Positions 30,840 to 40,142 of a stretch of 64,000 nt of DNA are shown one piece after another (positions within the stretch are counted from its first letter, which is position 1; each line of letters starts with the position of its first letter). Where the stretch lies: assembly GCA_041287495.1 (NCBI GenBank), contig JBEULE010000042.1, forward strand, positions 6,139 to 70,138. The letters are read 5' to 3'. The translations under genes were made by a program, and so were the position numbers. The stretch comes from Hydrogenothermaceae bacterium (GTDB taxonomy: Bacteria; Aquificota; Aquificia; Aquificales; Hydrogenothermaceae). The notes below the pieces were generated by a model. That model made no database searches. It was given only the letters and a program-made list of their open reading frames with translations, and was not told the origin of the DNA.

Positions 30840-31163
30840 ATGAAAAAGTTAGTAGTAGCAGTAGCATCTGTAATGGCTGTTGTATCTGCATCATTTGCAG
30901 CAGATGGAAAGGCTCTTTTCCAACAAAAAGGTTGCACAGCTTGCCACCAAGCAGCAGTTGACACTGTAGGACCATCTCTCAAGAAAATAGCTGCAGCTTA
31001 TGCTGGAAAAGAAGAAAACCTAATCAAGTTCTTGAAAGGACAAGGAAAAGCTATCGTTGATCCAGCTAAAGAAGCTATAATGAAACCACAGATTAACACA
31101 ACAAAAGCTATGAAAGATGATGAACTTAAAGCTTTAGCTCAATTCATACTCTCTAACAAGTAA
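30840..31163 (+). CDS. c-type cytochrome (c552/c555-like), secreted
   Basis: 107 aa. Signal peptide, haem motif CTACHQ, and a distal Met. Confidence 0.8.
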   Translation: MKKLVVAVASVMAVVSASFAADGKALFQQKGCTACHQAAVDTVGPSLKKIAAAYAGKEENLIKFLKGQGKAIVDPAKEAIMKPQINTTKAMKDDELKALAQFILSNK

Positions 31164-31173
31164 TAAACTTTAA

Positions 31174-31195
31174 GGAGGCTTAAAGCCTCCTTTTT
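31174..31195 (+). terminator. intrinsic terminator (GGAGGC / GCCTCC stem plus T5)
   Basis: Hairpin at 31174-31190 followed by TTTTT. Confidence 0.55.
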
Positions 31196-31203
31196 ATTTC
31201 AAT

Positions 31204-31566
31204 ATGTTTTCTAGGTTATTATTAGGTGTAGTTATTCTATCTACTTTTTCTTATGCTAATGAAGGAAAACAACTATATATAAAGTATAACTGTAACGGAT
31301 GTCACTCTCCTTACGAAAAGAGAACAGGGCCATCTTTTAAAGAGATATCTCAACGATATGGTACAAGTCAAAAAGCAATTGAGAAAGTTGCTAAATTAAT
31401 AATAAAGCCAAATCCTTCAAATTGGCCTGGCTTTGCTTATATGCCACCTTACAATATCCCCTTTGAGGAAGCTAAAAAACTTGCTGAATATGTTTTAATA
31501 AGCTCACAAAAGGAAAAAGAAACAAAACCAAAAATTCGTTACATCCCAGAAGGAGATCATTACTAA
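31204..31566 (+). CDS. c-type cytochrome, second tandem copy
   Basis: 120 aa. Signal peptide and the haem motif CNGCHSP. Confidence 0.75.
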   Translation: MFSRLLLGVVILSTFSYANEGKQLYIKYNCNGCHSPYEKRTGPSFKEISQRYGTSQKAIEKVAKLIIKPNPSNWPGFAYMPPYNIPFEEAKKLAEYVLISSQKEKETKPKIRYIPEGDHY

Positions 31567-31568
31567 AT

Positions 31569-32321
31569 CTATTTTTCCTGTTCCGGTTTTATTAATTTTA
31601 AAATATCTAATGGTAAAGGTAAGATAACTGTATTGGATGGATTTTGACTTACAGTTGATAAAGTTTCCAAATATCTAAGTTGTATTGCCAGAGGGTGTTT
31701 AGCCAGAAGTTCAGCTGCCTCTGTTAGTTTTTGAGCTGCTTGATATTCAGCTTCTGCCTGTATAATCTTAGCCCTTCTCTCCCTTTCAGCTTCAGCTTGC
31801 TTTGCGAGAGCTCTCTTTAACTCTTCTGTTATATCTATCTTCCTTAATTCAACAGCAACAACCTTTACTCCCCAAGATTCAGTTTCCTGATCTATTATCT
31901 CCTGAATCTTTACATTTATTTTATCTCTCTGTGAGAGAAGTTCATCAAGCTCTGCCTGTCCACACACACTTCTTAAAGTAGTTTGTGATATCTGTGAAGT
32001 TGCATATAGATAGTTCTCTACATTTATAACTGCTTTTATAGGGTCAACAACCTTAAAGTAAACAACGGCATCTACTTGAACGGATATGTTATCCTTTGTT
32101 ACAACATCCTGGGTAGGGACATCCAATGTAACAACCCTTAGAGAAACTTTTACCATCTTATCTATAAAAGGTATAAGGATAAATATTCCTGGACCTTTTG
32201 CTTTCTCCAAAACTCTACCTAAACGAAACACAACAGCCCTTTCATACTCGTTAATAATTCTAACAGAAGATGCTATAAATATAATAACCAATACCAGTAA
32301 AACTAATAAAAATCCTTCCAT
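31569..32321 (-). CDS. SPFH/band-7 (stomatin-like) protein
   Basis: SPFH domain NEYERAVVFRLGR. The start is placed at Met38 of the track ORF because GGAGG lies 7 nt upstream (32333..32329). The in-frame ORF extends to 32432. Confidence 0.75.
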   Translation of the reverse strand: MEGFLLVLLVLVIIFIASSVRIINEYERAVVFRLGRVLEKAKGPGIFILIPFIDKMVKVSLRVVTLDVPTQDVVTKDNISVQVDAVVYFKVVDPIKAVINVENYLYATSQISQTTLRSVCGQAELDELLSQRDKINVKIQEIIDQETESWGVKVVAVELRKIDITEELKRALAKQAEAERERRAKIIQAEAEYQAAQKLTEAAELLAKHPLAIQLRYLETLSTVSQNPSNTVILPLPLDILKLIKPEQEK

Positions 32322-32437
32322 TTTAAATCCTCCAGATGATAATATTGACAGCATACTAAACAGTACATCCAAACCATTTATGGCTATAATCATAAAAACA
32401 ATAAACACAACAAAAATTAGTAAGTTCTGCATAGTTG

Positions 32438-32755
32438 CTAACTACTTAAAGTTTCATCTATCCAATGAAGATATTCATCATTTCCAGCAACTATGGGTAT
32501 AGCTATAATCTCAGGAACCGTGTATGGATGAATAGATTTGACAGTATTTTTCAACTCTTCAAACTTTTCTAACTTACTCTTTACTATAAGCAAATACTCT
32601 TTTTCTCTCTCTATATTTCCTTTCCAGAAAAATACAGACTGTTCTAACTGTGTTATATTCACACACGCCCCAACTTTCTTCTCTACTATAACATCTGCTA
32701 TTTTAAATCCATCTTCTTTCGTTGGAACTGTTATAAATACAACAATATAATCCAT
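32438..32755 (-). CDS. cutA: divalent-cation tolerance protein CutA
   Basis: 105 aa of the CutA1 family (GACVNI, WKG). Confidence 0.85.
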   Translation of the reverse strand: MDYIVVFITVPTKEDGFKIADVIVEKKVGACVNITQLEQSVFFWKGNIEREKEYLLIVKSKLEKFEELKNTVKSIHPYTVPEIIAIPIVAGNDEYLHWIDETLSS

Positions 32756-32894
32756 ACTTAAACCTCCTCGTTTGATTTAAATATATTCATTACATTATAA
32801 TTGTAAAAATGTAAAGATAATAGAAAATTTTTAAAAATCAATGAACAAAATCTGATAAAATTTTAATATATAAAAATTCTAAGGAGAAAAGAAA

Positions 32895-34073
32895 TTGATA
32901 GAACTTTCTGAAAGGATTAAGAGAATAAAACCTTCACAAACACTTGCGATAACAACAAAAGCAAATGAGTTAAGGTCTAAGGGAGTGGATATAATAAGTT
33001 TTGGTGCTGGAGAACCTGATTTTGACACTCCAGATTATGTAAAGGAAGGAGCTATAAAAGCCTTAAAAGAGGGAAAAACAAAATACTCCCCTGCAGGTGG
33101 AATTCCTGAACTTCGTCAAGCTATTGCCCAACGACTTAAATCTAGAAACAAAGTAGAATATAGCCCATCAGAGATAGTAGTGTGTCCTGGAGCTAAGATG
33201 GGATTATATGAGATATTTGCTGTAATATTAAATCCTGGAGATGAAGTTATAGTTCCAGCTCCTTACTGGGTATCATACACAGAACAGATAGTTATAAACG
33301 ATGGCGTTCCAAAGATAGTAGAACTATCGGAAGATAACGGTTTTGTATTAACAGCTGACCATATCAAAGATGTAGTCTCTAAAAATACAAAAGCCTTAGT
33401 CTTGAATACTCCTTCAAATCCAACAGGTGCAGTTATACCAAAGAAAGAACTTGAAAGGATAGCAGAGTTTTGTCTAAAAAATAACATAGCAATAATATCT
33501 GATGAATGTTATGAAGAGTTTGCATACGATGAAGAGCATGTAAGTATAGCATCTCTATCGAATGAAGTAAGAGAGATAACATTTACAGTAAGTGCATTTT
33601 CAAAATCTTACTCGATGACTGGATGGAGACTTGGATGGGTTGCAGCTCCTGAAAAATTTGCTAAAGCAATAGTAAATATGCAAAGCCAAACAATATCAAA
33701 CCCAACAACCTTCATACAGTATGGTGCAATAGAAGCTCTTAAAGACGGTGGAGAGTTTCCAAAAAAGATGAGAGAGGAATTTATCAAAAGAAGAAATTAC
33801 ATAGTAGAAGCTTTAAACAGTATAAAAAATGTTAAATGTACCCTTCCTAAGGGAGCTTTCTACGCTTTTCCTAATGTTAGTTACTATACAACCGGAAAAT
33901 TTGAAAATGATTTAAAATTAACAGAGTATCTCCTTGAAGAGGCAAAGGTCGCTGTTGTTCCTGGTTCTGCTTTCGGAAAAGAAGGTTACATAAGACTTTC
34001 ATATGCTACATCCATGGAAAACATACAAAAAGGTGTGAATAGGATAAAAGAAGCCCTTGAAAAGTTAGTTTAG
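32895..34073 (+). CDS. aspC: aspartate/aromatic aminotransferase (class I PLP)
   Basis: 392 aa. PLP-Lys motif SKSYSMTGWRLG. TTG start behind AAGGAG. Confidence 0.85.
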   Translation: MIELSERIKRIKPSQTLAITTKANELRSKGVDIISFGAGEPDFDTPDYVKEGAIKALKEGKTKYSPAGGIPELRQAIAQRLKSRNKVEYSPSEIVVCPGAKMGLYEIFAVILNPGDEVIVPAPYWVSYTEQIVINDGVPKIVELSEDNGFVLTADHIKDVVSKNTKALVLNTPSNPTGAVIPKKELERIAEFCLKNNIAIISDECYEEFAYDEEHVSIASLSNEVREITFTVSAFSKSYSMTGWRLGWVAAPEKFAKAIVNMQSQTISNPTTFIQYGAIEALKDGGEFPKKMREEFIKRRNYIVEALNSIKNVKCTLPKGAFYAFPNVSYYTTGKFENDLKLTEYLLEEAKVAVVPGSAFGKEGYIRLSYATSMENIQKGVNRIKEALEKLV

Positions 34074-34103
34074 TATGATAAATTTTATCATTAAAATTAA
34101 GTT

Positions 34104-34631
34104 TTGAGAGGTTTTATCACAATGAAAAAATTTTTAATACTGATTATTTTTTCATTTACAGTGATATTGTTATCCTGTAATCAATCTAAAGAACCAAAGT
34201 TTGCAGTTGATCCAAACAGTGTAATAAAGCCAGCTATGGAGAATAAGAAAAATTTGATAGTGATATTTGAGTCAGAAACCTGTCAATACTGTGAAAAACT
34301 AAATAGAGACCTTAAAGACCTACAACTTAAAGAAAGTTTGATAAAAAATAACATAGATATAGCAATAATAAACGTAGATGGTAAGAGACAAGTTATAGAC
34401 CCAGAAAGTAAGAAAGTTATGGATGAACAGACTCTCACATCAATATACAGAGTCACAGGATACCCTACAATAGCAGTATTTTTACCTGACAAAAATTATG
34501 AACTTTTTGGTATAATCCCAGGGTATGTGCCAAAAGATTACTTTATGAAATTATCAGACTATATAGGGACAAAATGTTATGAAAAAGTTAAATCATTCCA
34601 AGAATATATAGATAATGGTGGAAAATGTTAG
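34104..34631 (+). CDS. thioredoxin-fold lipoprotein (CxxC)
   Basis: 175 aa. Lipobox ILLSC and the CQYC motif in a thioredoxin-like fold. Confidence 0.5.
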   Translation: MRGFITMKKFLILIIFSFTVILLSCNQSKEPKFAVDPNSVIKPAMENKKNLIVIFESETCQYCEKLNRDLKDLQLKESLIKNNIDIAIINVDGKRQVIDPESKKVMDEQTLTSIYRVTGYPTIAVFLPDKNYELFGIIPGYVPKDYFMKLSDYIGTKCYEKVKSFQEYIDNGGKC

Positions 34632-35044
34632 TGCCGGATATATACATAGGGGAAGATTGGTTTAGTTTGGATGATGTTTTTAACTCCTTTAAAGATGAAA
34701 GTTGTGGAGGAGTTGATATTTTCATAGGAGTTGCAAGGTCTGCACCAGAAGATGGAGAAGTAGAAGAACTTCACTATGAAGCTTACATATCTATGGCTGA
34801 GAAAGTTATAAGAGAAATAATAGAAGAAGCAAAAGAAAAATTTAATATTAAACATGCTATTGTTCATCACAGAACGGGAATAGTAAAGGTAGGAGTTCCG
34901 TCTTTCCTTGTAACTGTTTGGGCAGGTCATAGACAGGAAGCATTTGCAGGATGTAGATATATAGTTGATAATGTAAAAGCAAGGGCACCTATCTGGAAGA
35001 AAGAGGTGTTTAAAACCGGAAATTACTCCTGGAAAGAAAGTTAA
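34625..35044 (+). CDS. moaE: molybdopterin synthase catalytic subunit MoaE
   Basis: 139 aa. HHRTG...GHRQEAF...APIWKKE. Confidence 0.8.
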   Translation: MLVPDIYIGEDWFSLDDVFNSFKDESCGGVDIFIGVARSAPEDGEVEELHYEAYISMAEKVIREIIEEAKEKFNIKHAIVHHRTGIVKVGVPSFLVTVWAGHRQEAFAGCRYIVDNVKARAPIWKKEVFKTGNYSWKES

Positions 35045-36358
35045 ATGTCAGAAGTTATCGTTATTGGCGGAGGACTTGCCGGAACAGAAGCAGCATACAA
35101 GGTAGCTCAATCAGGTTTTAAAGTCAAACTTTACGAGATGCGTCCCAAGGTATTTACTCCAGCCCATAAAACTCCATATCTTGCAGAAATTGTATGCAGC
35201 AATTCCTTTGGTAGTGAATTTCCTTTATCTGCTTCCGGACTTTTAAAAAATGAGATGGAGATTTTAGACTCTATAATACTTAAAGTTGCTAAAGATTATA
35301 AAGTCCCTGCAGGACAAGCTTTTGCCATAGACAGAGAGAAATTCTCTAAGAAAATAACAGAAATTATAGAAAACCATCCTAACATAGAATTAATAAGAGA
35401 GGAGATAACCGAAATTCCAAAAGATAGTTTGGTAGTTATAGCCTCTGGTCCATTAACATCTGAAAAACTATCCTTAGAGATACAAAAAATTACGGGAAGT
35501 GAATACCTATACTTTTACGATGCGATATCTCCGGTTGTAGATGCCTCAACTGTAGATTACTCAAAGGGATTTTGGGCTGACAGGTATGGTAAAGGTTCTC
35601 CAGATTACTTTAACTGTGTACTTACAGAGGAAGAGTATGAGATATTTTATAAAGAGCTTCTAAAAGGAGAACAGGTTCCACTTAAAGATTTCGAAAGAGC
35701 TGTATATTTTGAAGGCTGTCTTCCAATAGAGGAGATTGCAAGGAGAGGAAAACAAACTTTACTCTTTGGACCTATGAAACCTGTTGGGCTTATAGACCCA
35801 AAAACAAAAAAACAACCATTTGCAGTAGTTCAACTTAGAAAAGAAAATATAGAAGGAACACTTCTATCATTGGTAGGTTTTCAGACAAAACTGAAATACC
35901 CAGAACAAAAGAGAATTTTTAGGCTTATTCCAGCTCTTAAAGATGCAGAGTTTGTAAAACTTGGTTCTATACACAGAAATACATTTATACAATCTCAAAA
36001 ACTTCTATATCCAACCTTACAGTTAAAATCCAATAAAAATATACTTTTTGCCGGACAGATAACAGGTGTAGAAGGATATATGGCAAGTGCTTCAACAGGA
36101 ATAATTGCAGGGATAAATGTTGTTAGGATACTGAAAGGAGAGGAACCTGTAATTCCTCCAAGAGAAAGTATGATAGGATCTCTTATAAACTATATAACTA
36201 CAGCAAAAAATGAACTACAACCTATGGGACCAAACTTTGCCATACTTCCAGAGATAGATTATAAGATAAAAGATAAAGAAAAGAGAAAAGCTATTAAGGT
36301 TCAAAGAGCTTTGGAAAGTATAAAAGCCTTTAAAGAAAAAATTAATTTACAACCTTAA
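35045..36358 (+). CDS. trmFO: methylenetetrahydrofolate--tRNA-(U54-C5)-methyltransferase TrmFO
   Basis: 437 aa. FAD motif VIGGGLAGTEAA and TrmFO/Gid-family length and architecture. Confidence 0.85.
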   Translation: MSEVIVIGGGLAGTEAAYKVAQSGFKVKLYEMRPKVFTPAHKTPYLAEIVCSNSFGSEFPLSASGLLKNEMEILDSIILKVAKDYKVPAGQAFAIDREKFSKKITEIIENHPNIELIREEITEIPKDSLVVIASGPLTSEKLSLEIQKITGSEYLYFYDAISPVVDASTVDYSKGFWADRYGKGSPDYFNCVLTEEEYEIFYKELLKGEQVPLKDFERAVYFEGCLPIEEIARRGKQTLLFGPMKPVGLIDPKTKKQPFAVVQLRKENIEGTLLSLVGFQTKLKYPEQKRIFRLIPALKDAEFVKLGSIHRNTFIQSQKLLYPTLQLKSNKNILFAGQITGVEGYMASASTGIIAGINVVRILKGEEPVIPPRESMIGSLINYITTAKNELQPMGPNFAILPEIDYKIKDKEKRKAIKVQRALESIKAFKEKINLQP

Positions 36359-36408
36359 AATTTTTCTGTATAATATTACAGAATTTAAGAAAGAAATGGA
36401 GGCAAACC

Positions 36409-37041
36409 TTGGAGTCCCAGATAATGCAAACCCATGTTGTTATGGCTTTACTCGTTGTAATAGCTGTTCCAATACTATTTATGGCATTGGCTAAAAAACC
36501 TGGATTAATCCCAACACCTATACAGAATATTTTTGAGATTTACATCCAATTTATAGATAACATGATAAAGGAGAATATGGGGGAAAAGGGAAGAAAGTAC
36601 TTCCCACTAATAGCAGGAATAGGTTTATTTGTATTTTTTGGTAATCTACTTGGTATGATTCCTGGATTTGAATCACCTACAGCAAATCTAAACACAACTA
36701 TGGCCCTTGCTCTGTTGGTTTTCTTTATATATAACCTTGAAGGAATAAGAACAAACGGTATATCTTACTTTAAACATTTCTTAGGACCTGTACCTGCAAT
36801 GGCCCCAATTTTTGTAATAATAGAAATTCTTAGCCATCTGAGTAGACCTGTAACACTAGCTCTCCGTCTTTTTGCAAATATGACAGGTGGCGAACTTATA
36901 AGTGTAGTTCTCATAATGCTTATACCTTTTTTAATACCTTTACCTGTGATGTTAATACACTTGATAGCTGTATTTTTGCAAACTTATGTCTTTGTAGTTC
37001 TCACAACTGTATATATAGCTGGTGCTATTACCCATGAATAA
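36409..37041 (+). CDS. atpB: F-type ATP synthase subunit a
   Basis: 210 aa. Conserved Arg in LALRLFANM. Confidence 0.85.
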   Translation: MESQIMQTHVVMALLVVIAVPILFMALAKKPGLIPTPIQNIFEIYIQFIDNMIKENMGEKGRKYFPLIAGIGLFVFFGNLLGMIPGFESPTANLNTTMALALLVFFIYNLEGIRTNGISYFKHFLGPVPAMAPIFVIIEILSHLSRPVTLALRLFANMTGGELISVVLIMLIPFLIPLPVMLIHLIAVFLQTYVFVVLTTVYIAGAITHE

Positions 37042-37059
37042 CACTGATAAGGGGAAACT

Positions 37060-37455
37060 ATGGAAATAAAAAAGATATTTGTAAACTTCCAGTTTGACAA
37101 CCAATCTTTAAAAGCATTAGAATTTGGAAAAGACCTTGCATCTAAATACGGTAGTGAGTTAATAATATTCCATGAGATAGTTGATGTTTATATGATGAAG
37201 AGATGGAGTATAAGTTTTGGTATGCCGATTCAGCCAGATTTAGAGGAAAAGAGTAAGAGGAATGTTCAGGCAAAACTTGATGATTTAATGGAAAGTTATA
37301 ACGGTAAATATAAATACATAATAGATATCTCAGGAAGAATAAAAGATGTTATAGGTAAGTTTGTAAGTGAGGAAAATCCGGATTTGGTAATTTTAACAGA
37401 TGAGTATGAATATTTAAACAAAAAGATAAACTGTAACGTTTTAATAGTGAAATAA
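37060..37455 (+). CDS. universal-stress-protein-like small protein (inserted between atpB and atpE)
   Basis: 131 aa. Weak USP-like pattern (ELIIFHEIVD...DLVILTDE). Confidence 0.45.
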   Translation: MEIKKIFVNFQFDNQSLKALEFGKDLASKYGSELIIFHEIVDVYMMKRWSISFGMPIQPDLEEKSKRNVQAKLDDLMESYNGKYKYIIDISGRIKDVIGKFVSEENPDLVILTDEYEYLNKKINCNVLIVK

Positions 37456-37480
37456 ATACTCTTAGGAGGTTGTATAGATA

Positions 37481-37825
37481 ATGGCTAAGTTTTCAAAAGT
37501 CCTCATGTTGATGGTCCTAGTAGGAACAGTTTCTGCAGCATTTGCAGCAGAAGGAGACCCTATGGCAAGAGCTGTATTTTACGGAGCTTTAGCTATAGGT
37601 GCCGGAGTTGCTATAGGTGCAGCTGCAGGTGGTGGTGCAGCAGGTCTTGGTAATGCTATAAGAGGAGTTCTTGAAGGAATGGCAAGAAATCCAAACATGG
37701 GACCAAAACTCCTTACAACTATGTTTATCGGTATGGCATTGATAGAAACATTCGTTCTCTATGCTCTACTTATAGCTATAATCTTTATTTTCACAGGTAT
37801 CTTTGACTCTAAAGCTGGATTTTAA
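37481..37825 (+). CDS. atpE: F-type ATP synthase subunit c with N-terminal signal-peptide-like extension
   Basis: 114 aa. Proteolipid core [18 protein letters not shown]...[12 protein letters not shown], preceded by [22 protein letters not shown]. Confidence 0.85.
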   Translation: MAKFSKVLMLMVLVGTVSAAFAAEGDPMARAVFYGALAIGAGVAIGAAAGGGAAGLGNAIRGVLEGMARNPNMGPKLLTTMFIGMALIETFVLYALLIAIIFIFTGIFDSKAGF

Positions 37826-37852
37826 CAAGACAGAAGTTTCGACAACATCTTA

Positions 37853-37878
37853 AGAGCAGGATTAATCCTGCTCTTTTA
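37853..37878 (+). terminator. intrinsic terminator (AGAGCAGGA / TCCTGCTCT stem plus T4)
   Basis: 9-bp stem, TTAA loop, T-tract. Lies between atpE and rpmH. Confidence 0.6.
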
Positions 37879-37903
37879 CTATTTTAAAAGGAGGTTTTAA
37901 CAG

Positions 37904-38050
37904 ATGGCAAATATGAAAGCTAAAGCCCATCTTTCCAATAAGAAGAGAAAGAGAGTATCCGGATTTCTCGCAAGAATGAGGACAAAATCCGGAAGGAAAA
38001 TCATAGCAAGAAGGAGAGCTAAAGGAAGAAAACGTTTAGCTCCTTCATGA
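37904..38050 (+). CDS. rpmH: 50S ribosomal protein L34
   Basis: 48 aa [48 protein letters not shown]. Below the track's size cutoff. AAAGGAGG RBS. Confidence 0.85.
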   Translation: MANMKAKAHLSNKKRKRVSGFLARMRTKSGRKIIARRRAKGRKRLAPS

Positions 38051-38379
38051 TAGTGTTAAAAAATAAGAAAGATATTTCTGAAATTTTCTCTCAAAAGAAT
38101 AGGTTACAGTTTGAAGATTTTATGGTAATTTTTAAAAAGAATCAGTTAGGTTATCCAAGATTTCTTTTTATAGCACCAAAGAAGGTTTTTAAACTATCAG
38201 TTAAAAGAAACAGAGTAAAAAGAGTTTTAAGGCAGGCTGTAAGGTCTGCCTTCGATGAATACAAAAACTTAAGCTGTGATATAATACTCATAGGAAAGCA
38301 GTCTATTTTATACAAAAAGAGTTATGAAGTTGAAAATCAAATTAAATCGGCATTCAAAGAGATTGAGAAGTTATGTTAG
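38047..38379 (+). CDS. rnpA: RNase P protein component
   Basis: 110 aa. [10 protein letters not shown] motif. Follows rpmH. Confidence 0.85.
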   Translation: MIVLKNKKDISEIFSQKNRLQFEDFMVIFKKNQLGYPRFLFIAPKKVFKLSVKRNRVKRVLRQAVRSAFDEYKNLSCDIILIGKQSILYKKSYEVENQIKSAFKEIEKLC

Positions 38380-38579
38380 CTAAGATAGCAATAGCTATTG
38401 TTAAACTTTATCAGAAGATATTTTCTTTTAAACAGCCTTCATGTAGATTTTATCCTACCTGTTCCCAATATTCAATTATGGCTTTTGAGAAATACGGATT
38501 CTTTAAAGGTCTTTTAAAGACTGTATGGCGAATATTAAGATGTAACCCTTACTCAAAAGGTGGGGTTGATTATCCATAA
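38373..38579 (+). CDS. yidD: membrane protein insertion efficiency factor YidD
   Basis: 68 aa. CRFYPTCSQY motif. Confidence 0.85.
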   Translation: MLAKIAIAIVKLYQKIFSFKQPSCRFYPTCSQYSIMAFEKYGFFKGLLKTVWRILRCNPYSKGGVDYP

Positions 38580-38597
38580 AAATAAGAGAGGTAAAAG

Positions 38598-40142
38598 ATG
38601 CAGGAAGATATCCAAAAGAGGATGCTTATATTTTTTGTAGTAGTTTCTATCCTTATAATATCATTTAGCTTTTTAAGTTCTTACATTTTTCCAAAACCAG
38701 AAGAAAATGTTAAAAATGGGCAGAAAATAGTCAGTCAGACCAGTCAGAATATACAGAAAAGCCCAAATTATGGTGATATCGATCTTTTACTAACAACACA
38801 AAGACAGAGTATCCAAAGAGAAAATATAAAGATATCAACCCCAGATTTTGATATACAGTTTACACCATACGGTGGAAGAATAACTTCTATATTGGTTAAA
38901 CGTTATAATCAGGATATGGTATCTGACTATGCTAAAAACTCTGGACTATACCCCGGAGAAATAATAACAGATGATAAAAATCTAACTAACATACTAAATC
39001 TAACAAAGTATGAAGTAAAACAAGATGGAAACACCTTAACCTTTTCTTTAAAGGGAGATGGTTTCGATATTTCTAAAATTTATACAGTAAATAATGACGG
39101 AAGTATCGATTTTCAGATAAAATCTAAAGGTTTAGAAAACCATAACCTTTGGTATCTATCAGCACTAACTTTAAAGTCTGAGGGAAGTTTTGGACATCAA
39201 GGTCCTATTATAAAAACAAAAAATGATATCTTAATGTATGGCACTGAAGATGTAAAATCTCCCATCACCATAAACGATAAAATATTATGGGCTGGAGAAG
39301 AAAATAAATACTTTTTACAGATAGTTTCACTCAAAGAAGGTATAAACAGTGTAAAGATAGTTCCATTAAACAAAGACATTACAGCTGTTTTAGTAAACAT
39401 ACCATCTAACTCTATTGGTTTTATGTATGGAGGTGCCAAACTTTACTCATTACTTGGAGAAATTACGGAAAAATATCAGAAGATTTGGAATATAAACTTA
39501 GATTTAAGAAGTTCCATTGATTTTGGATTTTTTGGAATATTTGGGAAACCGTTATTCTTACTTTTACACTTCTTTTATCAGTATATCCCTAACTGGGGAG
39601 TAGCCATAATAATTTTAACAGTGTTGATAAGGATACTTTTCTTCCCTCTAAACCATAAGAGCTTAAAAGCCATGAAAAAGATGGCAGACTTGGCTCCGGA
39701 AATGGAAAAGTTAAAGAAGAAGTATGCAAAAGACCCTCAGAAACTTCAAGAAGAGATAATGAAACTTTACGCTCAAGCCGGAGCAAATCCACTATCCGGA
39801 TGTTTACCTATATTAGTTCAGATACCTATATTTATAGCTCTTTATAACGTCCTTATGGTTACAGTAGAATTAAAAGGAGCTCCATTTATACTTTGGATAA
39901 AAGATCTATCAGACAAAGACCCATATTACATATTACCTATACTGATGGGGCTTTCTATGGTAGCTCAGCAGTTTATAACTCCTTCTTCTGATAAAAATCA
40001 GCGGATTATCATGTATGTTATGGCTGCTGTATTTACATTTATGTTTTTAAACTTCCCTTCCGGACTAGTTCTATACTGGCTTACAAATAATATACTTGGT
40101 TTAATTCAGAGCTTTATAGTCAATAAAACTATGAAAAAATGA
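38598..40142 (+). CDS. yidC: membrane protein insertase YidC
   Basis: 514 aa. Periplasmic domain plus the 60-kDa insertase core (PLxxCLPILVQIPIF). Confidence 0.9.
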   Translation: MQEDIQKRMLIFFVVVSILIISFSFLSSYIFPKPEENVKNGQKIVSQTSQNIQKSPNYGDIDLLLTTQRQSIQRENIKISTPDFDIQFTPYGGRITSILVKRYNQDMVSDYAKNSGLYPGEIITDDKNLTNILNLTKYEVKQDGNTLTFSLKGDGFDISKIYTVNNDGSIDFQIKSKGLENHNLWYLSALTLKSEGSFGHQGPIIKTKNDILMYGTEDVKSPITINDKILWAGEENKYFLQIVSLKEGINSVKIVPLNKDITAVLVNIPSNSIGFMYGGAKLYSLLGEITEKYQKIWNINLDLRSSIDFGFFGIFGKPLFLLLHFFYQYIPNWGVAIIILTVLIRILFFPLNHKSLKAMKKMADLAPEMEKLKKKYAKDPQKLQEEIMKLYAQAGANPLSGCLPILVQIPIFIALYNVLMVTVELKGAPFILWIKDLSDKDPYYILPILMGLSMVAQQFITPSSDKNQRIIMYVMAAVFTFMFLNFPSGLVLYWLTNNILGLIQSFIVNKTMKK

